In this document: positions 19,082-27,653 of the stretch, piece after piece
Position numbering within the stretch: position 1 is the first letter of the stretch
Layout: every line of letters begins with the position of its first letter
Assembly (NCBI GenBank): GCA_016928955.1
Contig: JAFGJV010000027.1
Coordinates: 62,001 to 109,971 of the forward strand
Length of the DNA: 47,971 nucleotides
Direction: 5' to 3'
Source: Spirochaetales bacterium
GTDB taxonomy: Bacteria; Spirochaetota; Spirochaetia; Treponematales; UBA12059
Program-made: the position numbers and the translations under genes
Notes under the pieces: model-generated
What the model was told of the DNA's origin: nothing
The model's database searches: none
The model's input: only the letters and a program-made list of their open reading frames with translations

Positions 19082-20113
19082 CTACTGGTACATAATGAGG
19101 AGGGGCAGAGGGTCCAGGGCCAGCACGTCCTCGGGTTTCATCAAGGGCACGTCCGAGCCCGCCCCGGGCACCTTGGACTGGAAGAACAGCTTGAAACCCT
19201 TGACCGGCATGTTGGTGGCAAGGGCGTTGAAGGCGTACGACTGGCGCTTGAGCGCCGGAGAGCCAAAACCGTCCGCGTTGTGGACAAGCACCACCCGGTC
19301 AAAATCCGCCCGCACGCTCTCCCGCCCGCTGATCATCTTGGCCGTGAACTGGTGCACCACCAGCAGCCTGATGCCGGGAAGGCCGTTGTCGCGCAGGTAA
19401 TCGTCTATCATTTTCTGGGCCGTGTTGATCTCGTCGCCGGATATGGTTCCTATCTCCTTCATGGGCCTGGGCGTGCGCCACTCCGGATCCAAGGCCAGGT
19501 GCACGTTGGGATAGCGGAGGAAGGGCAAAAGGGCGCGGACCGCCTCCTCCACGCTGTATTTTCCTATTTGGTGGTCCAGGATGACGGCCCAGCCTCGCTC
19601 AGCCGCGAATTTGACGTACTCCTCGACCACCGAACTTTTCAACAGCCCTATCTCGCCCTCGGGCCACACCGTGCCGTATACGATATGGAAGGCCGGTACC
19701 ACGCCAAGCGGGCCGTTGTTCTGGTCGTACAGCCTGGCATAGCCCTCCAGGAGAGGAGCCAGGCTTTCCTTGCTGTACTCGCCCAGTATGCCCATGGACA
19801 CGGAACCTGGCTTGCCGTAAAACGCTATCACCTGCTTGCCCGCTATGATGGGCAGGCGCGCGAATTTCCGCTCGCTCTCATCGGCCGTTTCGCCGTCTCC
19901 GGTTGAGCTTTCACCGTGGACGGGCAGGCCGGGACCGTACGCGGGCCTGTCAAGCTGGGCTTCCGGCGCGTCCGACGCGTGGAAGTACAGCCACGGGAAC
20001 AGGCGGTACGGCTGGAGGTTCCCCCCGCTGGCCGTTGCCGGGGCAAGGGTTAGGAGCGCGACGATGGCGACCATGGACAGTCGGGCGGCCTTGGACGAGT
20101 GACAAGCGATCAT
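19082..20113 (-). CDS. Conserved secreted hypothetical protein, possibly TIM-barrel hydrolase-like
   Basis: Signal-like hydrophobic segment; IAFYG…MGILG, HLALDPEW, LVVHQF, DGFG and GFKLFF motifs. Start uncertain (20113 or 20074). Confidence 0.7.
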   Translation of the reverse strand: MIACHSSKAARLSMVAIVALLTLAPATASGGNLQPYRLFPWLYFHASDAPEAQLDRPAYGPGLPVHGESSTGDGETADESERKFARLPIIAGKQVIAFYGKPGSVSMGILGEYSKESLAPLLEGYARLYDQNNGPLGVVPAFHIVYGTVWPEGEIGLLKSSVVEEYVKFAAERGWAVILDHQIGKYSVEEAVRALLPFLRYPNVHLALDPEWRTPRPMKEIGTISGDEINTAQKMIDDYLRDNGLPGIRLLVVHQFTAKMISGRESVRADFDRVVLVHNADGFGSPALKRQSYAFNALATNMPVKGFKLFFQSKVPGAGSDVPLMKPEDVLALDPLPLLIMYQ

Positions 20114-20202
20114 GCGACGACCTCGGGCTGGGCGATATCCCTTCCTGTATCGGCGCAAGTTCCGGCCTCCTTGAACCCGCCCGATACGCCGATACTAAAC
20201 CT

Positions 20203-21615
20203 ATGGAGAACACAGCGCCTCGGCTCCCTGCCTCCCGCGGCCTTCTGCTCGCCCTTGCCCTGCTGGCCCTGACCAGCCTGGCCGCCGCCCAGGGCGTGTA
20301 CCAGACGGGCGCCCTGCCGGGCGACCTGCCGCTCAGCCGCCTGCCCGAAAACAAGGACCTGCGGGAAGCCGTCATGGACAGCCTTCTTATGGCGCCCACA
20401 AACGCGGCACTGGCCTTCAGGAGCCGGGACGCCGTCAATGCCTGGGGAGCGTGGAACATATCCGTGCGCCGCGAGCGGGACGCCTTGTACGCCGTCTTTG
20501 CGCCCCTCCGGGGAACCGTGCGGCACGACTACGCCCAGGGTTCCTGGATACTGAAACGCTCCCTGGCCGACGGGTCACCCCTGCAGGTAAAAATCTTCCT
20601 CCGGAGCGACCGCAACACCTTTATCAGGGTATATCCCTTTGGCGACCGCTGCCTCATGGACGTGGTTGCCTACGGAGGCGTCCTGTACCACAAAGTGATC
20701 TTGCCCCTGCCCTTTGACGCGCTCTTAAATTCGCCTTTTTCCAGGATCATGGACCTCAGCTCCGCCGTGGTGGACTGGGACCTGTTCTCCCCGGACCCCG
20801 CCCTGTACTCGGGACTCAGGGACCTGATAGCGGGTATCAGGCTGAGGCTGCCGGGGCTCCGGTTCGCCGACGACGGCGCCACGGACGCCGATGGCGCGCC
20901 GGTACGCATAGCCGACCTGTCACCGCAGCCTGAGCCTGCCGGCCTCAACTGCTCGGGCTTTGCCAAGTGGATCGTGGACGGCCTGGCCAAACCCGTCAGC
21001 GGCCGGTGGCTGGCCGTGGCCCCGCTCAAGGAACGCATGCTGGATTACCGGGGCTCGTCGTTCACGGAAAAATACGAGGAGAGCATGGATCCGTTCTTTG
21101 GCCTGGACTGGGCGCGCGCCCTGGCCCTGCGCCTGTGGGGCATCATGTACCCGTCGCGCACGGAACCGAGCCCGTTGGCCTACGACGTCAACGAGTCGCC
21201 GTTCTCGCTCATCGTGCGGGCGGCTGACGCGCTGAACGGGGATTCCCTGTACGAGCCCTTCAGCGCGAATTTTGACGACGCAGGCATAGAAACCCGTGGC
21301 CTGTCCGGCATGCTGTACCTTCTGGCCGTGCGCGAGCCCGGCCGCTGGTACCTGGCCGAGTTCAGCGCCCGCTCCAGGGTGGAACCCCGGCTCAGGCGCT
21401 ACTTCCATCTGGCCGCCCTGTTTCCGTACGTGGACTCAGACGGCGTCTTCCGCGTGGCCGTGTTCGAGAGCGCCGCTGAAACGTCGCTGCAGCGTATCCT
21501 GGCCGACCCGGACTACGAATTCGTCAAGCTGGTACGCATGCCGTCGTCGCCCCGCTTTGACCCGCCGGTCCTCCCGTCCCCCGCTACCGACGCTGGACAG
21601 GCGGGCACGCCGTGA
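20203..21615 (+). CDS. Secreted hypothetical protein with an NlpC/P60-like NCSG motif
   Basis: Signal peptide LLLALALLALTSLAAA; GLNCSGFAKWI and YFHLAALF motifs; stop overlaps the next GTG. Confidence 0.7.
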   Translation: MENTAPRLPASRGLLLALALLALTSLAAAQGVYQTGALPGDLPLSRLPENKDLREAVMDSLLMAPTNAALAFRSRDAVNAWGAWNISVRRERDALYAVFAPLRGTVRHDYAQGSWILKRSLADGSPLQVKIFLRSDRNTFIRVYPFGDRCLMDVVAYGGVLYHKVILPLPFDALLNSPFSRIMDLSSAVVDWDLFSPDPALYSGLRDLIAGIRLRLPGLRFADDGATDADGAPVRIADLSPQPEPAGLNCSGFAKWIVDGLAKPVSGRWLAVAPLKERMLDYRGSSFTEKYEESMDPFFGLDWARALALRLWGIMYPSRTEPSPLAYDVNESPFSLIVRAADALNGDSLYEPFSANFDDAGIETRGLSGMLYLLAVREPGRWYLAEFSARSRVEPRLRRYFHLAALFPYVDSDGVFRVAVFESAAETSLQRILADPDYEFVKLVRMPSSPRFDPPVLPSPATDAGQAGTP

Positions 21616-22388
21616 GGGTCCGCTTCCTGGGCACGGGTACCAGCCACGGCGTTCCCGTGCTTGGCTGTACCTGCGCCGTGTGCACATCCAGGGACAGTCG
21701 GGACTCCCGTTTCAGGTCCAGCGTGCTGGTACGCGGCCGCGGGGGCGAGCGCGTGCTCATAGACGCCGGCCCGGAATTCCGGCTCCAGGCCCTTGCGGCC
21801 GGACTGGACAGGCTGGACGCCGTCCTGATCACCCATGCCCACGCCGACCACGTGCACGGCCTGGACGACGTGCGGCCGCTGTGCAAACACGCGCCCCTTC
21901 CGGTGTACGCGTCCGGACCCGACCGCGACGAGCTGGCAGAGCGCTTTTCCTACGCTTTCAGGTCCGGCCAGGAGGGAGGCGGAAAACCGCGCCTGGACCT
22001 CCGCGTCATCCCCGACGAGGGCATACGGATTGGCAAGCTGGATATCCTGCCCGTGCCCCTGCTCCACGGCGAGCGCCTTACCTTTGGCTACCGGGTAGGC
22101 TGTATGTCCTACCTGACGGATTGCTCGGCCATACCGCCGGCGTCCATGCCCTTGCTGGCAGGTACCCACACCCTGGTGCTGGACGCCCTGCGCAGGCGCC
22201 CCCATCCCACGCACTTTTCCCTGGACCAGGCCTTTGAGGCCGCCCGCGCCATACAGCCAACACGCCTGTACCTTACCCACATCTGCCATGACCTGGCCCA
22301 TGAGGAAATCCAAGAAGCGTGCGACCAGGCCTGCCTGCCCTTTCCGGCCGCTCCCGCCTACGACGGGCTGGAATTCGAATGCCCGTAA
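21612..22388 (+). CDS. MBL-fold metallo-hydrolase, PhnP/YycJ-like phosphodiesterase
   Basis: FLGTGTSHGVP, CTCAVC, IDAGP, THAHADHVHGLDD, YLTD and AYDGL. Confidence 0.9.
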   Translation: MRVRFLGTGTSHGVPVLGCTCAVCTSRDSRDSRFRSSVLVRGRGGERVLIDAGPEFRLQALAAGLDRLDAVLITHAHADHVHGLDDVRPLCKHAPLPVYASGPDRDELAERFSYAFRSGQEGGGKPRLDLRVIPDEGIRIGKLDILPVPLLHGERLTFGYRVGCMSYLTDCSAIPPASMPLLAGTHTLVLDALRRRPHPTHFSLDQAFEAARAIQPTRLYLTHICHDLAHEEIQEACDQACLPFPAAPAYDGLEFECP

Positions 22389-22506
22389 GGCGCCAGGCAA
22401 GCCGTTAAGGACCTCGGGGTTTTCAGCGTCACGCCACGCTTGCGCCGCGGCCCGTCCTGTCGTATCGTTTTACCAGCGTCGCGCACAAAACCCCGGGGAG
22501 GATCTG

Positions 22507-22869
22507 ATGAACGATCAGGACATAACGGCCGTGGTCAAGAAACTGGTGGATGCGGGCATACAGCTCAACGCCGTCTATGAGCCCATAGGCTGTAGCTTCT
22601 GCATGAGGCCGGCCGACGTGGCGCCCTATCTCAGGGACAGGGACGCGTTCTTTGCCGCGGAATGCGGACTGGACAAGGCCGACTACGTGGAATGGAAGCG
22701 CTTCATGGAAGGGGGCAGGCTGTGCGGAGCCATTGGTCCCCACGGCCAGTGCAAGCGGCCCGTAAAGGAAAGCGCGGGCCTATCCCCCCAGGAGTTCACC
22801 CGCCGCAAGGCCGAGGGCACCCTGCTCTGCTCCGTCCATCTTAAGGCCCACGAGCCAACCCGCCGGTAA
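22507..22869 (+). CDS. Small Cys/His-rich hypothetical protein, putative Zn-binding
   Basis: SD GGGGAGG; possible promoter TTGCGC-17-TATCGT (22440-22468); CSFC, LCGA…GQC and LCSVH. Confidence 0.7.
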   Translation: MNDQDITAVVKKLVDAGIQLNAVYEPIGCSFCMRPADVAPYLRDRDAFFAAECGLDKADYVEWKRFMEGGRLCGAIGPHGQCKRPVKESAGLSPQEFTRRKAEGTLLCSVHLKAHEPTRR

Positions 22870-22889
22870 AAACCCTTCCCTAATGAAGA

Positions 22890-22912
22890 AAGGCGGCCCG
22901 CCGGGCCGCCTT
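22890..22912. terminator. Hairpin terminator between convergent genes
   Basis: AAGGCGGCCCG-C-CGGGCCGCCTT inverted repeat. Confidence 0.7.
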
Positions 22913-22935
22913 GTTGCGTATCCGTTAAGCGCGGA

Positions 22936-24123
22936 TCAGCTTCCGCTGTCAATGCGTGCCAGGAGCTCGTCCACCTTGGCCGTGTAGCGCTCGGGGTCGC
23001 CGGTCTTGGCCTTTTCCAGGAAGGCCTTGGCCTCGGCATAGCGGTTGGAGGCAAAGGCATTGATCCCCAGGGCGTAGTTGGTGATGGCCTGGTCGGCTCC
23101 AAGCCCGAGGGCGGCCACGTAGTAGTTCTCAGCCTTGGCATAGTCGTTGTTGGCGTAGGCTATGAGGCCCAGGTAGTAGTGCGGGATGTAATTGGAGGAA
23201 TTCTTGACCAAAGCCTGCTCAAAAAGCTCGCCGGCCGTGTCCATGTCCTTGTCGCCATAGGCCTTGACGCCTTCAGTCACCAGCTCGGCAAAGGTCTTCT
23301 GCGAGTCCAGGAAGGCGACAAAGTCTGTTTCGGCCTGGGTGGCCGAATGCCAGCGCAGGAAGAAGTCGCGCACGGCCGTCTGGTTGCCGTCCAGCGTGGC
23401 GTCCGGATCCAGTATGGACAGGGAATCCCACAGGAAGCGGTTGTAGCGCTTGTCCGGGCTGTTCATGAAGAAGCTCACCACGGCCCAGGACTGGGGATAG
23501 AACACGTCCAAGCCCGTCCGCGCCTCCTCCTCGGTCATCACCATCAGCTTGTCCAGGGTGTACAGGGTTCCCTGGCTCTTGAGCAGCTTGATGGTTTCCA
23601 GCCAGGTTGAGTTCTCTGCATAGGCCACGGCACCGGACGCGTCGGCCCCGCTCTTCTCAAAGAAGACGGCAAAGCCCTCCCTGAGCCACAGGGGCGGCTC
23701 GTGGACAAAGGCCTTGATATACTGCACAAAGGCCTGGTGCGCCAGCGACGAGGCGAAATCGGTGGCGTCTTCCTTGGCAAAGATCACCAGCTCCGAGCGC
23801 TCGGCCGTGGGATAGTGCAGGTAGACAAAGTCGTCCTTGGTCTCGCCTATGATTTTGGACAGGTAAGCGTCAAAATCCGCCTTCTGCGTGAAGCTACGCA
23901 CGGTAAGCGGCGCTTTGAGGGTCGTTTCGTCAAAGCGGAAATACTCGTTGTATACGTCGAAGAGCCCTTCCAGCGTTGCCGCAAGGGCGGCGGCGCTTTC
24001 CTGCCCGGCGTCCGACCACACGGTGTACAGTTCCGTGCTGGCGCTTTGGAACGAGGCCGTCTGGCCCCAGGCTAACGCCGCGGCCGCCAACACGATCGCG
24101 ACAACGGCTATGGCTTTCTTCAT
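22936..24123 (-). CDS. Secreted protein with a peptidase-MA-like (zincin-like) domain and C-terminal TPRs
   Basis: Signal peptide MKKAIAVV…AWG; LAHQAF…PLWLREGFA and YPQSWAVV motifs; TPR helices (HYYLGLIAY, NYALGINAF); SD GGAGG. Confidence 0.75.
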   Translation of the reverse strand: MKKAIAVVAIVLAAAALAWGQTASFQSASTELYTVWSDAGQESAAALAATLEGLFDVYNEYFRFDETTLKAPLTVRSFTQKADFDAYLSKIIGETKDDFVYLHYPTAERSELVIFAKEDATDFASSLAHQAFVQYIKAFVHEPPLWLREGFAVFFEKSGADASGAVAYAENSTWLETIKLLKSQGTLYTLDKLMVMTEEEARTGLDVFYPQSWAVVSFFMNSPDKRYNRFLWDSLSILDPDATLDGNQTAVRDFFLRWHSATQAETDFVAFLDSQKTFAELVTEGVKAYGDKDMDTAGELFEQALVKNSSNYIPHYYLGLIAYANNDYAKAENYYVAALGLGADQAITNYALGINAFASNRYAEAKAFLEKAKTGDPERYTAKVDELLARIDSGS

Positions 24124-24145
24124 GCTACCCTCCGTGGACCTATCC

Positions 24146-24174
24146 AGAGTAATCCGGGTCCGGCGCCATGTCAA
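24146..24174 (-). promoter_or_regulatory. Sigma-70-type promoter
   Basis: TTGACA-17-TACTCT upstream of ATG 24123. Confidence 0.65.
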
Positions 24175-24191
24175 ACAGGCGCCGGCCGCCT

Positions 24192-25058
24192 TCAGTTAGA
24201 GAACCGGTCTATGACCAGGTTCACCTCTTCTATCAAAATGCCCGTAAACCGCTCTATGTTGTCTATGATGTACTGCTGCAGGTTGTGGATGTTGCCCGAC
24301 AGCTGCTTGCCGAAGGGCACCTCTATGGTGACCGTCAGCCTGTATCCCTGCGAATCCGAACGCACGGAAATTTTCTGTATGCGTATGGAGTCGTCGAACT
24401 CGTCCACGCAATGTATGACCATCTGCGACAGCGCCGATTCCGATATGGCAACGCGGCCGCGCTTGGCGAACTCCGGCCGCACCACGGACTTCTCGTACAG
24501 CTTGGGCGCGCTGATGGCCGCCGGCCCGAAATTCTTCTGGAGAAAGACGCGCACGCTGTCGTAGAAAATCCTTGGATAGCTCCGCTTGATCTCTATGGCC
24601 GGAACCGGGATCACGTGCTTGCCCTCCACCTTGCGGGACTGTATGGCCTTGTCGATTTCCTCCCGGCTGGCTATGTCCTCGATCTTGATCACCTTGTGCG
24701 GATGCGGTATCTGGAGCCGCTCCGCTATCTTGTTGACCATTTTCTCGGACGTGCCGATCAGGAGTATCCTCTTCCAGCGCAGCTTCTGCAGGGCCTTGGC
24801 TATCTCGTCGCGGTGCGACTTCTCGTGGAAGAGCGCCGTCTTGACGGCCGCCATGTACAGCTTCTCGCGCTTGGCCGACTTCCCCCCTATGATGGCGTCC
24901 CCCTTGATCAGGAGTCCGTCGTCTATGATGAGGTCGATGCCGAATTTCTGCGCCACCAGCTTGGCGCGGAAGCTCTTGCCGGTGCCGCTTTCGCCCACCA
25001 GCGCGAACACCCGGACGCCCCGAGCCAGCCAGAACACGTCGTTGATCAGCTTGAGCAT
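24192..25058 (-). CDS. P-loop NTPase fused to a C-terminal Asp23/Gls24-like domain
   Basis: ALVGESGTGKSFRA Walker A, IIDDGLLI, LLIGTSEKMV and GKHVIPVP; C-terminal IERFTGILIEEVNLVI is typical of Asp23. Start MLKLIND chosen from SD GGGAAGG and the promoter position; the ORF is open to 25181. Confidence 0.8.
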   Translation of the reverse strand: MLKLINDVFWLARGVRVFALVGESGTGKSFRAKLVAQKFGIDLIIDDGLLIKGDAIIGGKSAKREKLYMAAVKTALFHEKSHRDEIAKALQKLRWKRILLIGTSEKMVNKIAERLQIPHPHKVIKIEDIASREEIDKAIQSRKVEGKHVIPVPAIEIKRSYPRIFYDSVRVFLQKNFGPAAISAPKLYEKSVVRPEFAKRGRVAISESALSQMVIHCVDEFDDSIRIQKISVRSDSQGYRLTVTIEVPFGKQLSGNIHNLQQYIIDNIERFTGILIEEVNLVIDRFSN

Positions 25059-25153
25059 GGCCTTCCCGTCGCGGCCGCCGCCGGCGGCTCCCTCATCGGA
25101 TCGGTCGCTCGGCCCGTACCGGGTACCTAAGGCCCGCGTCCCATCCTCCATCA

Positions 25154-25180
25154 TTATCGGCGTAAACTCCGCGTACTTCA
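25154..25180 (-). promoter_or_regulatory. Sigma-28 (FliA)-type promoter facing the P-loop/Asp23 gene
   Basis: Minus strand TGAA-N15-GCCGATAA (perfect -10 element). Confidence 0.6.
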
Positions 25181-25189
25181 TACCGATAA
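25163..25189 (+). promoter_or_regulatory. Sigma-28 (FliA)-type promoter of flgN-flgK-flgL-fliW-csrA
   Basis: TAAA-N15-ACCGATAA against the consensus TAAA-N15-GCCGATAA, upstream of late flagellar genes. Confidence 0.75.
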
Positions 25190-25240
25190 TTGAGGATGAA
25201 ACGCCGCGCCGGTTTTTTTACGGCGCACGAGGAGCAAGCG

Positions 25241-25738
25241 ATGCGCACGCAGAGCATACAGCGCTTTCTGGACACAGCCGCAAGCCTGGCCCAGGCCCTG
25301 GACACCTTTGTGGACCGCCAACGGGCGGTGACCCAGGCCGTGCGGGACAAGGACTGGCCCGCCCTTGAGGCGGCCTTGCGCGAGGCGAACCGGGCCTCGG
25401 AGGCGGTGGGCATGCTGGAAGCCGAACGGGCGAGCGCCTGGTCGCACCTCCTTGCGGACCTGGGCCTTCCCACGGAAACCACCGTGTTCAGGGCGTCGCT
25501 GGCCCTGCCCCTGGACCAGAGGTCACCGCTTACGGACGCGTACCGCGCCCTGCGCCTGTCGGCCCTGCGCGCGCGGATCGAGAACCAGGCCCTGAACGAC
25601 TTTGTGGGCAGCGCCGCAAGCGCCCTGGCCACGGCCATAGAGGAAATTTTCCCCGGCCGCAAGGGCCGCGTATACGGCAAAAGCGGCAGGCCCAAGGCTG
25701 GAGCCCAGGGCGCTTTGGTATTGAACGCCGCATTCTAA
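25241..25738 (+). CDS. flgN: Flagellar export chaperone FlgN
   Basis: SD GAGGAG; helical protein ending …GRVYGKSG…LVLNAAF; immediately upstream of flgK. Confidence 0.75.
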   Translation: MRTQSIQRFLDTAASLAQALDTFVDRQRAVTQAVRDKDWPALEAALREANRASEAVGMLEAERASAWSHLLADLGLPTETTVFRASLALPLDQRSPLTDAYRALRLSALRARIENQALNDFVGSAASALATAIEEIFPGRKGRVYGKSGRPKAGAQGALVLNAAF

Positions 25739-25763
25739 GCGGCACGGATATGGAGGGTTTTGC

Positions 25764-27641
25764 ATGAACTCAACGTTCATGGGGATAGAGATAGGCAAGC
25801 GCGGCCTCATGGCCCACAACCAGGGCCTCAACACCGTTGGCCACAACCTGACCAACGCGTCCACGGAAGGCTATTCGCGCCAGCGCGTCGAGTTTGTCAC
25901 CATGGAACCCCTGTACGCGCCGCACCTCAACCGCGAGGAAACGCCCGGCCAGATAGGCCAGGGCCTGTTGGTTGGACGCATAGAGCGCGTGCGCGACGAG
26001 CTCCTTGAAGGCCAGATCGTCGCCCAGCAAGGCGGCGTGGGCTACTGGGACACGCGCGACAAGTACGTCAAGATCCTGGAGCAGATATACACCGAGCCGG
26101 CGGACGTGTCTGTGCGGGCCCAAATGGACAAATTCTGGGAATCCTGGCAGGAACTGTCGCTCCACCCATCAGAGACAGCGCCGCGCGAGGCCGTGGTCCA
26201 GAGGGCGCGCACCCTGATCGATTCCATCCACGAACGCTACCGCCGCCTGTCCGACACCCGCGACATGCTGGACGAGGACATCATGGTGGTCACCGCCCAG
26301 GTCAACGACCTGGCCCGGCAGATAGCCGCCCTGAACGAGGAGATCGTCAAGGTGGAGGCTATGGGCGACAGGCCCAACGACCTGTACGACCGCCGAGACC
26401 TCCTGGTCGAGAAACTCGGCAAGCTGGTGCCCGTAACGGTTGACCGGCGCGACCCCGACGAGTTCATGGTCCACGCCGACGGCCAGATTCTGGTCCAGGG
26501 CAAAAAATACAGGACCTTTGGCCTCACCAGCGGCGCCGAGAACGACGGCCACCCCAACCTGGTATGGAAGGACACCGACGATCCTGCCATGGTCAGGGGC
26601 GGCGTGCTTGGAGCCCTGTTCGAGCTGCGGGACGTGGACGTGCGCGACGAGATAGCAAGCCTGGATACCATGACCCTGACCTTCACGGACCTGGTCAACG
26701 AGGTGCACCGCTCGGCCTACGGGCTCAACGGCCGCACCGGCGTGGACTTCTTCACCGAGCATCCCGGCGTCAACAACGTGGCCGGCAACTACGACCGCGA
26801 CGGCGACGGCACCTACGACGCCAGCTACGTTCACCGCCTGACCGGCGCCAACGCCCTGTCGGCCCAGGAACAGATAGGCCTTGAGGGCACCATCAGCCTG
26901 TCCGCGCCCGGCGGCAGGGTGACCGTGGACTACCGGCCCACGGACACCGTGGCCGACCTCGTGCGCAGGATCAACGTGTCCGGCGCCGAGGTGACGGCCC
27001 GGCTGACCGCGGACGGCCGCCTCCAATTGCGCGCCACCACGGCAGCCGCCGGCGACGGCCCGGACTTTGTCATCCGCCACGTGGAGGACTCCGGCGAATT
27101 CCTGGCCGGCTATTCAGGGCTCCTGGCCGCTTCCGGCGCGGACGGCGCCTATGACTGGGAGCAGGCGGATGCCGTCCTGGCACTGCGCGCCGGCGGCACG
27201 GACTTTGCGGTGGCTCCAATAGCCCATCCGTCCGGCTGGATAGAAGTGGCGGGGGAGATCACGCGCGACATAACCAGCGTGGCAACCGGCTTTGGGCTTA
27301 ATGGCCGCCCGGCGGAAGCCGGAGACGGCTCTGCCGCCCTGGCCATAGCCAACCTGCGCACATCGTCCGTCATGGTGGGGTCGGAAGCAACGTTCGACGA
27401 CTACTTTGCCGACGCCGTTGCCCGCGTTGGCCTGTCCGGCGAGCGCGCAGGCCGCATGGCCGAGACCAACGCGCGCATCAGCAAGAACCTCACGGACATG
27501 CGCGAGTCCCTGTCCGGCGTGAACATAGACGAGGAACTGGCCAACATGATCAAGTTCCAGCACGGTTACGCCGCGTCGGCCAAATTCATCGCGCATTTCG
27601 ACGAGATGCTAGACACCATCATCAACCGCATGGGCGTGTAA
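25764..27641 (+). CDS. flgK: Flagellar hook-associated protein 1
   Basis: GHNLTNASTEGYSRQRV at the N-terminus and SGVNIDEELANMIKFQHGYAASAK at the C-terminus; SD GGAGG. Confidence 0.96.
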   Translation: MNSTFMGIEIGKRGLMAHNQGLNTVGHNLTNASTEGYSRQRVEFVTMEPLYAPHLNREETPGQIGQGLLVGRIERVRDELLEGQIVAQQGGVGYWDTRDKYVKILEQIYTEPADVSVRAQMDKFWESWQELSLHPSETAPREAVVQRARTLIDSIHERYRRLSDTRDMLDEDIMVVTAQVNDLARQIAALNEEIVKVEAMGDRPNDLYDRRDLLVEKLGKLVPVTVDRRDPDEFMVHADGQILVQGKKYRTFGLTSGAENDGHPNLVWKDTDDPAMVRGGVLGALFELRDVDVRDEIASLDTMTLTFTDLVNEVHRSAYGLNGRTGVDFFTEHPGVNNVAGNYDRDGDGTYDASYVHRLTGANALSAQEQIGLEGTISLSAPGGRVTVDYRPTDTVADLVRRINVSGAEVTARLTADGRLQLRATTAAAGDGPDFVIRHVEDSGEFLAGYSGLLAASGADGAYDWEQADAVLALRAGGTDFAVAPIAHPSGWIEVAGEITRDITSVATGFGLNGRPAEAGDGSAALAIANLRTSSVMVGSEATFDDYFADAVARVGLSGERAGRMAETNARISKNLTDMRESLSGVNIDEELANMIKFQHGYAASAKFIAHFDEMLDTIINRMGV

Positions 27642-27653
27642 CGGGAGGCCCGC

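Noticed and set aside
20172..20196. Tandem CCGATAC as a sigma-28 -10 element
   Set aside because: No TAAA-like -35 at 15-nt spacing, and the downstream gene is not flagellar.
26788..26820. DxDxDG (YDRDGDGTYD) motif in FlgK
   Set aside because: A possible Ca-binding loop in the variable domain, but probably a lineage-typical insertion with nothing further to support novelty.
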